Virus record (IMG/VR): IMGVR_UViG_3300028805_000051
Coordinates: 107,394-171,393 of that record
Reading direction: 5' to 3' (one strand)
DNA from: a virus
Taxonomy: Duplodnaviria > Heunggongvirae > Uroviricota > Caudoviricetes
DNA length: 64,000 nt
Program-made: the position numbers and the translations under genes
Shown here: positions 13,537 to 25,407 of the stretch, in pieces
Layout: every line of letters starts with the position of its first letter
Position numbering within the stretch: position 1 is the first letter of the stretch
Notes under the pieces: model-generated
Databases searched by the model: none
The model's input: the letters and a program-made list of their open reading frames with translations, nothing else
What the model was told of the DNA's origin: nothing

Positions 13537-14451
13537 TCAGCGTACATTTTCATTCTAATTAACAGAATGTTCCGCACTCTTGGGAGGATTATTACTCTCA
13601 TTAACGTTCACCTCCTACGCGTTACGGTGCTCAGCGATTAACTGAGTTACCTCGGTATCAACATAATGATTAAACTTATTATATTTTCTCGACAATCTAA
13701 AAATTGAATCATCATAAAGAATATGATACAAAGCGTCAGTTACTTTTTTACTAGCAGTACATAATCTATACATCTAATCTCTTTTTATATAATTTATATT
13801 CATAGAAATTTCATATTTTTCTGCTAACCATTTTTGAAATTCCACTAATAATGTACTAGTTTTAGCCTCTATTTGAACACTTGTTCTTATTGTCCAATTA
13901 ATTTCTCTATTTGCTTTATTAGGTTCGTGTATATAATAAGTAAAACAACCATCTCCATCAAAATAACCTCTAAAGAAATGTCTTACTAATTCTTCTGGCA
14001 TTTTAGGAATATGTAATTCCTTGTAAGTTTTTCTTTCAACAATTCCTAATTTATGCAAATCTTCTATTAAAATTTTACTAGCAATATTAAGTCTTATACT
14101 TGATTTATTTTTTACTGTTTTTCCTCTAACAGTAGCTAAAGATTCAGTACCTGAAAATTCTTGAACATAAGCATTAGGACTTATCATTTTAAAATATTTA
14201 AATATTTCAGCATCCTTATCATTTATATGAATAGAAAGTGTATGTCTTTCATCATTAATAGATCCATCTGACATTATAAATCCTAATAAATAAGCTTGTA
14301 ATTCAGTTTTAATTTCTTTAAAGAAATCATGTCTTATTGCTCTTTTGCTAGTTCCATTTATATATAATGGACAATTTTCTTTTAAATAATTTAATTCTTC
14401 AATTCTTGTCATACGATAATTCGTTTTAAGTTTAATCATATTAGCCTTCAC
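13537..14451 (-). CDS. LAGLIDADG homing endonuclease (two LAGLIDADG motifs). It reads through the TAG at 13774 and a second TAG, ending at a TGA at 13537-13539.
   Basis: Motifs LLGFIMSDGSI and FRGYFDGDGCF. After the annotated TAG at 13774 the frame continues for 78 codons of plausible sequence (MYRLCTASKKVTDALYHILYDD...) to a TGA. Total 915 nt. Confidence 0.65.
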
Positions 14452-14466
14452 CGATTTTGCGGAATT

Positions 14467-16596
14467 TTACATGGGCATGTAAAAAAGTCTACCCATACTA
14501 GCTATAATATCAAAATGAGTTTTATTTTCATCTGTGTATCTATTGAGTTCATCAAGCATATCTTCAAACCAAATTGTATGTCCAAAGTCTTCAACAAAAT
14601 TTGCAATTAAATCAGTTTGATGGTCAATAATTACTGTTGTAGCTGGAGTACCTACAGTTCTCCTTCCAATTTTTGTTGGGTCAGGATATGTAGCTCGAGG
14701 TCTTGCCATGAAATAATTATAGAATCCTTTTTCTCTAGCCCAAGTTAACATAGATACACGAGTTGCTTCAATGTTAATTGCAGCTTTATAATACTATGCT
14801 AAGCACATAGCTATTTTATAAGCTTCACGAATATCATCTGGTCTATCTTTATAATATGCAACATACTATGGTTCTCCTAAACCAAATGCACGCTTTTTAA
14901 TCGTTATGCAAAATTTAGATGGATTATCAGTATTAACTGAAGTATCTTTTGCTCCAATGTCAATAGAGTCAATACCCGCTATATATAAATTATGCATTTC
15001 TGAATAATCTCTTTCTTCATTTTCCTGAAGACTTTCCTTATATAAATTTGTCCAAACTGGATGCTCTAATATGTGTATCTTACCAGTTAGACTTTCATCC
15101 CATCTAAACCCTATAATATTTTCTTTAGTATGTACTCCATTCTTATATACATATGCTAAATTTCCATGATGTATTTCTGGAGCAATTTTATGTAATCTAA
15201 TATTTGCTAATTGCTCTGCTACGATAATTTTATTAAATTTATTTTCTCCTTCTAATGAGAAAGCTTCTTCAGCAGTAAAACAATATTCAGCACAATAAAT
15301 TATAAGAGCTTTTGGATCTTTTGCTTTTTTATCTCGCTAAGTATTATAATAAGCTTTACCTTTTTCAGGGTCAGTCCATCCTCTTTCATCAGTACAATCT
15401 GGTCTATTTACAATAGCATAAGCAGGAATAAAATAAGCAGTTGATACTTCTTCACCAGTAGGTGTATGATTATGGTGATATGGGAGAATATCATAAACAT
15501 CAGTATTATAATACATTTTACGTAATCCTTCAAGAGCTGCACCAGCATCACCACCTGTTCCTCCTCCTAATTTTATACCGAATCTAGCACCCTAAATTCC
15601 TACAAGAGCATCACCTTGAATAAAAGCTTTAGTTGAATTAGGCCAAGAACCCAACTCTTCATAAACTAATAAGTCAGTACGATCACCTCTAATTTTATTA
15701 GGTTTATCAGCAAGAATACCTTCAATCTAAGACATCCAACCAGTTTCAATTTTCTGACCATTTATAATTTTATATACAGATGCTCTCTTTTTAGTATAAG
15801 TATCTGACACTTGTCTTAATTTGAAGAAACCTCCATCGGTATAATTATTTAGGAAGGCAAGAGCATTCCATACTTTATCTAAAGTTTTATTTAAATAATT
15901 CTCTAACTAAGCTGTAAGGACATTAACTGAATTTCTATAACTATTATAAGCATTAGCTAAAATAGCAGCATTAATTTCAGAATATCCAATACCTCTAGCT
16001 TTCATTAACACAGCATTAACTCTTAATCTTCGAGCTAATTCAACATAATGAAAGAATTCATATTGCCCTACAAAGAATTTAGGGAAGTCGTATAAACGAG
16101 ATGAACCTGCTTTCTTTGCAGAAGTCAGGTCCATCAATTGATAAAAATTAAGAAAGAAATAATGGTCTCCTGTAATAGTATATCCATTAACAGTCATTCC
16201 ATCTTGACATCTTCTATACTGTTCATCCCAGAAATCATTGTATGCTTTCGTGTTTCTAGGATACTAACAATAATGACCTGTCCTTAAGAAAACCTCTCTT
16301 GTCTCTGTAAACCATTCAGGTTTAAAGTCTAAACCTTGTGTTTCATTAATCGGTTTATAACCTGTTATTTCATAAGACTTTCTAGCATCAAAATATGTAA
16401 CAACATCATTAACAGAAAAATCCCATCCACCATTACGTTCTTTTATGACTTCCTATTTAATTTGAGCAATTTCTTCCTACTATAATTTTTCTTCTTTTTG
16501 TTTAACCTCCTAAACTATGGTTTGTATTTCATCAGGAAGCTAAACAAGAGGAGTTTTTCTAGGTCTACCTCTTTTTCTTTTAACTTCTTCTGCCAT
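14467..16596 (-). CDS. terL: terminase large subunit, 709 aa, with about 12 in-frame TAG codons
   Basis: A continuous frame runs from the ATG (plus cat 16594-16596) to the TAA (plus tta 14467-14469); 2130 nt is a multiple of 3. The first in-frame TAG is at plus cta 16540-16542. The minus-strand translation has an ATPase-like N-terminal half (FVGQYEFFHYVELARRL, KARGIGYSE, a Walker-B-like LLVYEELGSWPN) and a nuclease-like C-terminal half (IAGIDSIDIG). The function call rests on overall resemblance. Confidence 0.55.
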
Positions 16597-16598
16597 AA

Positions 16599-17183
16599 TT
16601 AAAAATTAGGAGTATAACCATCTTCATAACCACCACGTAAAGTAGAAGATTCAGCTACTTCTTTCTTAACCATAGATTCAAGAGTTGTAAGTTCATCTTG
16701 AACCTTAGATAATGAAGAAATTTCAGCCATAATATCTTTTACTTTAAATATTGGTTTTCCTGTTTGTAAATCTCTTTCTTCAGGATCTATGTTATGAAAA
16801 TAATCAATAAATTTGTCAACAGTCTCTTGTGCAGCATGTAGTAAACGAATAGATCGAGTTGATTCCTAAATAGACTTAAATTTTCGACAAGCAGCTCTAA
16901 ATTCAGGATTATTAAACTCTTCATCTGTCATATGTGCATCTTGTAAAGAAAGCATATGTCGTTCTTGTTCACTAAAATCTGCATAAGGACTTTGCCAATC
17001 TAAAGCTAAATATATATATGTAAATTCTCTAAAAGCTCTTAATTTATATTTTCCGTCTTTATCCTCTTTACAAATATTTCGTTCATCTTTCATCAACTCA
17101 TTAAACTCTTTCACAAGTAATATTTCATGATGATTGAGTTCCACAGTACCATTAGCATTATTATATTGAAATATTTTTATCAT
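16599..17183 (-). CDS. hypothetical protein immediately upstream of terL (small-terminase candidate by position only); 1 in-frame TAG
   Basis: ORF track fragment 16866..17183 extended through a TAG to a TAA at 16599-16601; 585 nt. It has a coiled-coil-like C-terminus. Confidence 0.4.
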
Positions 17184-17932
17184 TTTGGAATTAATTTTAA
17201 TTTTAAACCTAATCTTCCAAAAGAAATGTTACTTCCTGATATTCCCCAAGGTCTTACTTCTGATTTAAAAGGTTTTGTAAAATCTAAAGTTTGTTTTACA
17301 TTGCTTGGATTTGAAGTAGTCATCATAGGTTTATTTATTGAAGTAGACCCAGTTATTGGGTTTAATTCAGTATTAAATGAAGTAATGGATGGAATATTAG
17401 GATTATTAATTGAACTTATAGATAAAGGATCTTTTTTCTGAGTTCTATTCCAATAATTTACGAGTAAATTATCATTATCCTATCCAAAACTTTGATTTGT
17501 TAATACATCATTATTTATTTTCTCTGAATCTTTTTTAGGAACATCTACTTCAACTTCAGGAACTTCTTCTTTTGGTTTATTAGATAATCTATTAAAAAAT
17601 CTTGGAAATCCTTGTCTACCAAGTGCTCCCATTACATTTATTATAGCTGGAGTTGGATCAATTTCATCTCTATCTTTCGGCTATTTAAATAAATTATATA
17701 AACCTTGAGCTGCTAAAGATCCAACTGAACTGTTAGGGTCCCACTATTGAGCTGCATGTAAAGCAGCAGAACGAATACTTGCTGTTTCACCTGCCGATGT
17801 GGCATAATCATTCTGGTCTTTTAAATCCTCTTTGAATTTTTCTTCCCATTTTTTAGCAGCCCAATAGTCCATAGCTCCATCTAACATAGTTTGTCCAGCT
17901 TGAGCTAAATTCATCCAACCTAGTGGTTCCAT
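17180..17932 (-). CDS. hypothetical late protein, about 250 aa; about 3 in-frame TAG
   Basis: The TGA at 17180-17182 overlaps the downstream ATG as ATGA. The gene is in the same frame as ORF track fragment 17744..17932, and an upstream in-frame TAA lies at 17972-17974. Confidence 0.4.
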
Positions 17933-17936
17933 AGTA

Positions 17937-19484
17937 TTATTTTTTACACTTTCTGCCGTTCTTAAATTTGGTTACTAATGGAGATTCTCCACCATTTTCC
18001 ATTTTCTTACCTTTGCAGGCTTCTTCTATTTTCTGACATTTTTTGCAAACTTTTCCACCAATCTTAAACATCTTCATTTCATAACCTTCTGGACATTTGC
18101 CTTGTAATTTTCTAAAATATTCAAGTTTAGCTCCATATTCAGCTTTAACTGATAATGCTTGCTAAATTCCATTTAAAGCTTTTGATGCTAATTCAGCCAT
18201 TTCCGGATCAGCATCTTTTTGTTTGCTAATTTTTGTAGCTAATGTAATAAAATTACCAAGTTGTTCTTGAGTTGTAATACCTAATATCTTAGATAAAGCT
18301 TCCATATCTCCAGTTGCAGCAGTTTCAAATGCAGATTTTAAAATTTCTCTTTGTTTTGCAGAATTATCTCTATTTACTTGTTGTTGGTTAACTTGACCAC
18401 CCATTTGAAAATATTTCATTTTACCACCTTTTTTAAATGTGTATTTATTACTTTGATATTTATAAGAAGATACCACATTTCCTTGTGCATCATAGACTTT
18501 ACCATCTGATCCAGCATAATATTTTGTACCATTAGCGTCTTGAATTACAAAGAAATCTCCAACAAAATTATCTTTAGAAAGACTTTTTCCATATAAAGCT
18601 CCGGCAGGATCAACAAATAATTTATCTGTTTCACCACCAGGAGACCAATAATTATCTATATGTTTTAAACCAAAAGCTGTCTATACTGCTCTTGCTCTGG
18701 CTGGATTAGTAATGCCTCTAGCTCCCCATTTTATTTTATCCCAATTGTCAACATTCTCAGATATTGCAGGGAGATCTGTTGGTAAAGTTGGATTAACTGT
18801 GTCAGGTTTATATAAATCAGATATAGCTTTAATCTAATCTGAAGTTAAATCATTAGCAGCAAGACTCTATAAATAACCATTAAAATTATCAGAATATCCT
18901 TGATTTGCTAAATAATTTTGTATTCCAACATTAGTAAAATTTCTATCAGTACCCAACAAGTCATTTAGAGTATTATATCTTTCATTTGCATATAAAGATT
19001 CAAGTAAAGCTTTATATGCTGGAGTATAAGAATCAGAATTATCAAAAGAATAATTATATGTTCTTTTTTCTTCAGGAGTTTCTACCTTTGATTTAGGGGT
19101 CACTTTAATATATGGATTATTAGTAGCCAACATTTTTTTACGAATATTGGCTTGTTCATCTGTCCAACCTTCTGGAGTAGAAACACCATATTTACGAGCA
19201 TATCTTTGATTATGTCTTTCTTCTCTTATTTTATTAAACCAATCTTCATCTGTGTACCCAGTATCTGTTGGCTTTCCTTGATCATCAGTTTGAAATGCAT
19301 CATTAAATCGATACAAGTTACCATTTTGACCTTGATATAAGTAACCGTTATCTCTAAAATACTATAATTTTTTTCGGCGATTAAATAATCCCAGACGAAG
19401 GTCTGAGAAATCTAAAACATTTGAACCATCAGTTGCTGGTGCAACTATGTTTTTACCAGCCTAAAAATATTTTATTTGTCTCAT
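17937..19484 (-). CDS. hypothetical virion protein, 515 aa; about 5 in-frame TAG
   Basis: ATG (plus cat 19482-19484) to TAA (plus tta 17937-17939); 1548 nt. Joins ORF track fragments 18867..19316 and 18162..18476. The C-terminus has a Cys-rich segment, CPEGYEMKMFKIGGKVCKKCQKIEEAC. Confidence 0.45.
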
Positions 19485-19705
19485 TGTTTTACAAGTTCTA
19501 AATCTTTTGTATTAAATACATCTTCTTGAATATATCCATCAGATGTAAACCATCTGCAACGTATTCCTCTTAATATTCCTTCCTTGTCTTCATCATGTTT
19601 AATCATACTGTTTACTTTTTTAACAACAAGCATGATTGGTTTATTTGGAATATTCTATCGAATAGTTACTAAATCACCTGGTGAAAAGAAAACTTTTTCT
19701 TCCAT
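19481..19705 (-). CDS. small hypothetical protein, 74 aa; 1 in-frame TAG
   Basis: ATG at 19703-19705. Its TGA overlaps the next gene's ATG (ATGA at 19481-19484). Confidence 0.35.
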
Positions 19706-19706
19706 A

Positions 19707-20294
19707 TTAGTCTTTTTTAAATCTTTCATTTAAATCATCATTAATTACACAAATTGCTCTAGTTTCATTAACTAGTCTAAATCCAAAGTTATAGAAAGGA
19801 ATTACTACTTCTGACATTACAGTCCACATAATAGTGTCTCCACTCTTTAACCATTTACATTCAGGACCCGCTTCGATAACTACACCTACTTTAATTACCT
19901 GTTCTGCTTCTTCATATTCTCCTGAATCACTATTTTTATATTCTGGAATCATTCCACCAAGATCTGTAATAAGGCCAGAACTAGAAACTGTTACTTTTTG
20001 GAATGGATTCTCAGTAAATGGACGTACAATAACATAATTACCAATAGGCATTATCTGTACTTCATTTAAATTTTTAGCATATTCATCAGCAGCTTCTTGT
20101 AATTTTTTCTCATGGTTAGCAAATTTATCTTCTATTTTCTGAACACTTTCATTCCATTTTTCACGCTTCATTGCATCAATGTGTTCATCTAATGATTTGT
20201 CATTCATATTAACAAATACTGCATCAGAATCAACTTTACTAATTTCTCTTGCAATTTTTTCTTGCATACTTAATTCATTTCTCATGTTTCCCAT
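19707..20294 (-). CDS. protein with a C-terminal GroES-like (Hsp10 / T4 gp31-like) co-chaperonin domain
   Basis: The C-terminal segment NYVIVRPFTENPFQKVTVSSSGLITDLG...KVGVVIEAGPECKWLKSGDTIMW resembles a GroES-like fold. No TAG in this ORF. Confidence 0.45.
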   Translation of the reverse strand: MGNMRNELSMQEKIAREISKVDSDAVFVNMNDKSLDEHIDAMKREKWNESVQKIEDKFANHEKKLQEAADEYAKNLNEVQIMPIGNYVIVRPFTENPFQKVTVSSSGLITDLGGMIPEYKNSDSGEYEEAEQVIKVGVVIEAGPECKWLKSGDTIMWTVMSEVVIPFYNFGFRLVNETRAICVINDDLNERFKKD

Positions 20295-20317
20295 AATTCA
20301 TTAATTTTAAAAATTCA

Positions 20318-20596
20318 TTACCATTTCCCAGCTATACATTTAGCATTAGGTAATGTGGTTTTAGCTAGGAGTCGACAACCACATCCCTGAACATAACCCT
20401 CTAAAGGTTTTAATGATACTTTATCTGTATCTGGATCTATCCAAAGTTTTCTGTTGCAGGTTCCTCCCCATTCAATAGAATAGATAGGACATTTCTTGCA
20501 TATCTTCATTCTATATTCTGATATATCTTCATTCAAACCAACTAATTCGTTGATATGTCCTTTAACAATTTGTCCTACAGGAAGTTTCATATACAT
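20318..20596 (-). CDS. small Cys-rich (zinc-binding-like) protein
   Basis: ORF track entry; CKKCP...CN...CGC motifs. Confidence 0.45.
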   Translation of the reverse strand: MYMKLPVGQIVKGHINELVGLNEDISEYRMKICKKCPIYSIEWGGTCNRKLWIDPDTDKVSLKPLEGYVQGCGCRLLAKTTLPNAKCIAGKW

Positions 20597-20678
20597 ATAA
20601 TTTAAAATAACCCTTTAAAAAGAGAGTGAATGTTTTTATCTTATAAAGACCAAAAATATTTTTAACAAAATTTAAGGG

Positions 20679-21590
20679 TTAATATTCAATTGGTTTTCTT
20701 TTAGCACGTTGAGCTTCTTTAATTAGCTCTTTCTTATAAAAAGCTAACATTCTTTCAACTTCCGTTTTTAAATAATCACAATGATATAAAGTATTATTTC
20801 CATCATGATCATAATGATTTAATATTAAATCTTTAATAACAAATTCTGGATTAATTTTTTGAAGCATCCAAGCATAAGTTGATAACTGAAGTTGATAGTG
20901 ATTAAAGTTACAATCATCTAAATTATTTAATGGATACAGCATTTTAACTGTAGATTTTGTGTTTGTATTAAAACCACCTTTTAAATCTAATTTCTTATTA
21001 GTTTTATGGTCAATTATGATTATCTCATTTCCATTTTTTACTAAACAATCAATTTGTCCAGCAATATTCAATATACCATCTGGAGAAGTTCTAGAAATTA
21101 AGTATTCTGGATAAACTCCGTAAGGTAAATCAAGTTCAGTGTAATTTCGTCTACACTCAAACTTACCTCCTAAACCAAATTTCTTCAGTTCAACATTTTT
21201 ACCTCCATTATAAAACTCATTTTCTAATTGAGCATGAATCTTAGTACCTCTTTCACAAGATTTACGATTTTCTTCATCCCAAGCATCTAAAATGTCTTGT
21301 TGAGTTTTATTGAAGTCATTTTCAGAAATATCATATACATCTAAAATAGATTTATTGAACCTTTTTGTATTTAATAGAGATTTTTTCTCAATTTTCCAAG
21401 AATCTGCTGGAATTAATTTTTCTAATGCTTTATAAGCACTCCAAAAATCTCTATCAAAAGGTTGTCCAAACTTTTCAATTAAAGTAGTAACTGAAATAAA
21501 TCTTTTTGATTCATCATTTACATTCCAGTATTTGTGTTTTTCTTCATTAAACGCAATACTACCATTTTGTTTATCAATTTGCATACTCAT
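20679..21590 (-). CDS. PD-(D/E)XK-family nuclease-like protein
   Basis: ISVTTLIEKF and IIIDHKTNKK motifs resemble PD-(D/E)XK motifs II and III. It is the first gene of the minus-strand operon. Confidence 0.45.
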   Translation of the reverse strand: MSMQIDKQNGSIAFNEEKHKYWNVNDESKRFISVTTLIEKFGQPFDRDFWSAYKALEKLIPADSWKIEKKSLLNTKRFNKSILDVYDISENDFNKTQQDILDAWDEENRKSCERGTKIHAQLENEFYNGGKNVELKKFGLGGKFECRRNYTELDLPYGVYPEYLISRTSPDGILNIAGQIDCLVKNGNEIIIIDHKTNKKLDLKGGFNTNTKSTVKMLYPLNNLDDCNFNHYQLQLSTYAWMLQKINPEFVIKDLILNHYDHDGNNTLYHCDYLKTEVERMLAFYKKELIKEAQRAKRKPIEY

Positions 21591-21619
21591 ATATCATTTG
21601 ATTATTTTTACTATTGTCT

Positions 21620-21838
21620 TTAGTCTTCTTTATCTCTTCCTATTTTGTATTTGTAGGAATAATCTACTCCTATTAAAGCTCCTACAAATGTAAGTGTTTC
21701 GCCATATGCGACTAGCACTGAGTTATCTATTACACCTGTCGGAGGTACAATAAATGAAGCTATCAATAATCCAATACCAAAAATTATAAGTAGTACTGAT
21801 AGCCCTAGTTGTATTGATAATTTATTGAACCTTTTCAC
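21620..21838 (-). CDS. small membrane protein
   Basis: ORF track entry; two hydrophobic helices. Confidence 0.4.
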   Translation of the reverse strand: MKRFNKLSIQLGLSVLLIIFGIGLLIASFIVPPTGVIDNSVLVAYGETLTFVGALIGVDYSYKYKIGRDKED

Positions 21839-22029
21839 CTTTTAACGTTATTAAATAATTCTAATTAAACAAATAAATACAATTCGCAGTAAGCCGAATC
21901 TAATAAACTTGTTCTAACCTTTATCTATTTTGAATTTACTAAAATTAACTGTATTATTAGTTAAAACAAAATTAAAGGATATAAAGAATGAAAGTTTAGA
22001 TAAATTTAAACAATTTCAATGATGATGTT

Positions 22030-23673
22030 TTGCCACATCTTGAAGATAATACTTCTAATGGTTATTTTTCTCAATTAATTCCTATGGGAAAATTGGGGAT
22101 ACATATTAAAAAGAAAAATAGGGGTTCTTTTACTTCATATTGTGGTGGAAAAGTTACTGATGCTTGTATACAAAAAGGAAAAAATAGTTCTAATCCTGTA
22201 ACAAGAAAAAGAGCAACTTTTGCAGATAATGCTAGAAAATGGAAACATTAGGAAGGTGGTTCTTTAATCCCGGGAATAAACTATAAAAGTATTAGTAATT
22301 TATTTGTAGATACGGATCAAGCACCTGTTTATGATCCAAAGAGTAATAAAAAGAGTAAAAAAGATAATGTAGATCCTCTTTTACAAGACTTGTCTGTATA
22401 CTAGTAGCCTAAAAGAACTTATGATTTAAGTTCTATTTATAATAATAGTATAGAAGACCACTAGGAAGAACCTTGGTATAATACAGTTTATCATGAATAT
22501 CAACCTTCTTCTAAAACACCTAGTATTAGTCACGATAGATTAATGGCAGCTATTACTCCTCATTTAGGATTTAAAGGTTCTCTTGGACATTATGATTGTT
22601 CTAATTTTGTTTCTCGTATTTTAGGAGATTTAGGATATAATTTATCTGGAAATTGTAGAACACTTTATGCTAATACTGATAGAGTAGATTTACCTGATTT
22701 AAGAGTAGGGGATTTAGTATTTAAATAGGACACACAAGGTGATAGAGTTCCGCATGGTTAGGCTAGTCATGTTGCTATTGTAACTGATGTAAGTAGACTT
22801 GGTGAAGGAATAATTCAAGTAGCCTAGGGAAGTGCTTCTGGATCAAAAACTTAGATTATGGACTGGAATTTAAATAATATGTCAAATTATTTTGGTGCAG
22901 GCAGAATACGTAAAGGTAAACAAGGATTTAAATTTCAATTAGGAGGATTATTAACCTCTTTACCTACACCACAAAGATTTTCTCCAGATAATTTCTTTGA
23001 AAGTGAAAATGAAATTAGTAATGAACCATTAAATATTTCTTTTTAGATAGAAGATGTTCCTCCTTTATTTGAGCAAAAACGATAGTAGTAGCAAGCTTTA
23101 ACTAATAATGAAGAAGATAATGCTTGGTATACTAGAGTGTATGCTCCTAAAAAGAAAAAAAGTAAATTATTGACTCCATCTGAAAAACATTATTCTGGCA
23201 AAGGATATAATTTCTTTAAATAGGAATTTGATAAATATTTATCTATTGATCCTTCAGCAAAAAAGTATGAACAAGTTTTAACAGACATTGCTAATAGAGA
23301 AAGTAGATTTAATTTTGGAATACAAAATACTGCTGGGGCTCCTGCTTATGGATGTTTCCAATTCTGGCAAGATGGTAAAATAAATAATATTACTCATTAT
23401 TCTGGATTAAGTGTTGATGAATTCCTTAACAATCCTCAAGCACAAATTGCTGCTGCGGTTAAATTGGCAAGAGATATAGAAAAAAGATTTAATTCAGAAG
23501 ATTTAAGAATTGCTAATGCAAGAGGATATGATATGAATGCTTTAATTAAAGGAGCATGGTTAGGAGGAATTGGTGGAGTTAGAAAAGTATTAAGAGGGTT
23601 AGGTAATCCTAGTGATAGTAAATGGTACGGTGGAAAAAGTGGAGCAAGTGTTAAACAAGTAATGGAATCATAA
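22030..23673 (+). CDS. virion-associated peptidoglycan hydrolase with an NlpC/P60-CHAP-like Cys/His region and a lytic-transglycosylase-like region; 547 aa with about 16 in-frame TAG, including three consecutive
   Basis: A single frame joins ORF track fragments 22030, 22543, 22858 and 23464, all with position mod 3 equal to 1, and ends at a TAA at 23671-23673; 1644 nt. Motifs: HYDCSNFVSRILGDLGY...HVAIVTDV and AYGCFQFWQDG...GAWLGGIGG. The TAG-TAG-TAG run is at about 23086-23094. Confidence 0.5.
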
Positions 23674-23688
23674 TAAATATAAACTTAT

Positions 23689-25350
23689 ATGAAAAAATTA
23701 ATTAAAAAATACTAGTGGGGAAATATAATGGTTCCTCCAGTCCCAGGAACTACCCCAAGTAATAGCGATTAGATGGGAGCTATTAATTATTATAATTAGC
23801 AGCAAAGTTAGATACCCATAATAAAGCAAAAAGATGCTGAAAGAAAAGAAGCTGAGGCAAAAAAAGCCTACGAAAGACATAGAGGATATATTGGGCCAGA
23901 TAAAAATCCAAAATCTTATAAAGAAAGAGAAAATGATGCAAGAAGAAATGAAATTAATTATATGGTTCAAACTAATCCTTATCATCAATGGATTTCTGAT
24001 CCAAATGGTACTGGTTCAATGTAGGCTGCTGTAAAAATAATGCCTTAGGTTATTGAAACAACTTAGAATTATTTTAATAGACCAGTAGGTGAAATTTTAA
24101 AAGGAGAGGCAAGAACTTTAAATCATGCACTTAATCCATTTATGGTAACTGATGATGCATTTTAGAGATCAAAATATTATATGCAGCATGGTTAGCCTGT
24201 TTTAGGAATGTTAAGTGGGTTTGGTGGATTTGGTTTAGGTACTTTAAGTGCATTTCCTTTTGCTACTCCAGTAAAATCTGGAATTGGTTATACAGTGAAT
24301 GCTGGAAGAAAACTTGGGAGACAAATAGCTAGTGATTACACCAATTGGGTAAATTCAAATATATCTCAAGGATTGCGTTTAGGTAGTGATTTAGGATTTA
24401 CTCCTCAGTTTCAAGTAGCTGGAACCAATTTTAATTTAAGAGTCACTCCAGAATTAACTTTTGGAAGATTTAATACAATGAACAGTGTAGGACAAAATTT
24501 CTGGAATACACTTAGAGGTAAGAATAAAATTGTTGAAAATGCTGCCCCTGGTCTTGAGGCTCCAACTGGTAATGAGGCATCTTTAGGAAAATTGGCTCCT
24601 ATTTCAAACAAGAATGGTAATGTTCCTGTATATACTAAATCTCCAACTAAAAAATATTTCTTATCAGATGAAGAAATTTCTGATCCATCTTTAGTAACTA
24701 AAGAAAATAATGTTTCGTATATAACAGACCATGGTAATGTAATTTATAATCCAGAATTAGTTACAGAAGAAGTAGCTGGCAAACCTGTGTATAAGTATAA
24801 TGGTAGAAAAGTTACTCCTAAAACTACAACTGCTTATAAATATAATGGTAAATATTATCCAGAAGCTCCAATTGAAAAAGAAATTCCTGGAAAAACTCAA
24901 TTAAATGTTGGAGATGATTTACCTCGAGATGCTATATATTATGATTTTGAATCATCATCATATTAGCCTATTAATGGTGCAATATTTAGAAGACCAGGAG
25001 GCCGTGCATGGAATAGATGGACATATGCTAATGGATAGACTCCAAAGGGTTTTAAGAATCCTTGGATTTTACATACTACTATAGCTCTTCCACTCGTAAC
25101 AGGATTAGTTGCTGGTCATAAACCTATATTTAATTTTATAGGAAATAGGGTATACAGTCTTAGACAAGGAACTGGATTATTTGGTCCTGGAAGACCTAAG
25201 AAAACTCCAGTAAATAATAATTCTTCAACTGAGAATACTGATAATGGTTCAACTAGTACTACTGATACAACTACTACCACACTTCCTGTAATTGATACAG
25301 CAGCACAAAATTAGCAAGCTAATGAATTATTTAAAGAATTTGGTTATTAA
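23689..25350 (+). CDS. hypothetical virion protein, 553 aa; about 14 in-frame TAG
   Basis: Codon walk from the ATG at 23689 through ORF track fragment 24208..24966 to a TAA at 25348-25350; 1662 nt. Confidence 0.5.
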
Positions 25351-25355
25351 CTAAA

Positions 25356-25396
25356 TAAAAGCCCATTCTCTTTAATTAGGGTATGGGCTTTTTAAA
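25356..25396 (+). terminator. rho-independent terminator
   Basis: Hairpin aaagcccat...atgggcttt followed by a T-run. Confidence 0.55.
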
Positions 25397-25407
25397 TATA
25401 ATAAATT

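Noticed and set aside
13473-13773. A GC-richer structured-looking stretch after the LAGLIDADG ORF, first suspected to be a group I intron interrupting terL
   Set aside because: Reading TAG as sense, the endonuclease ORF continues 234 nt into this stretch and ends at a TGA at 13537. terL has its own TAA stop, and only a 65-nt spacer remains, so no room or frame evidence for an intron.
17127-20037. Plus-strand ORFs 17127..17441, 19152..19340, 19834..20037 within the minus-strand late operon
   Set aside because: They are antisense to frame-verified TAG-containing minus-strand genes, and none has a plausible RBS.
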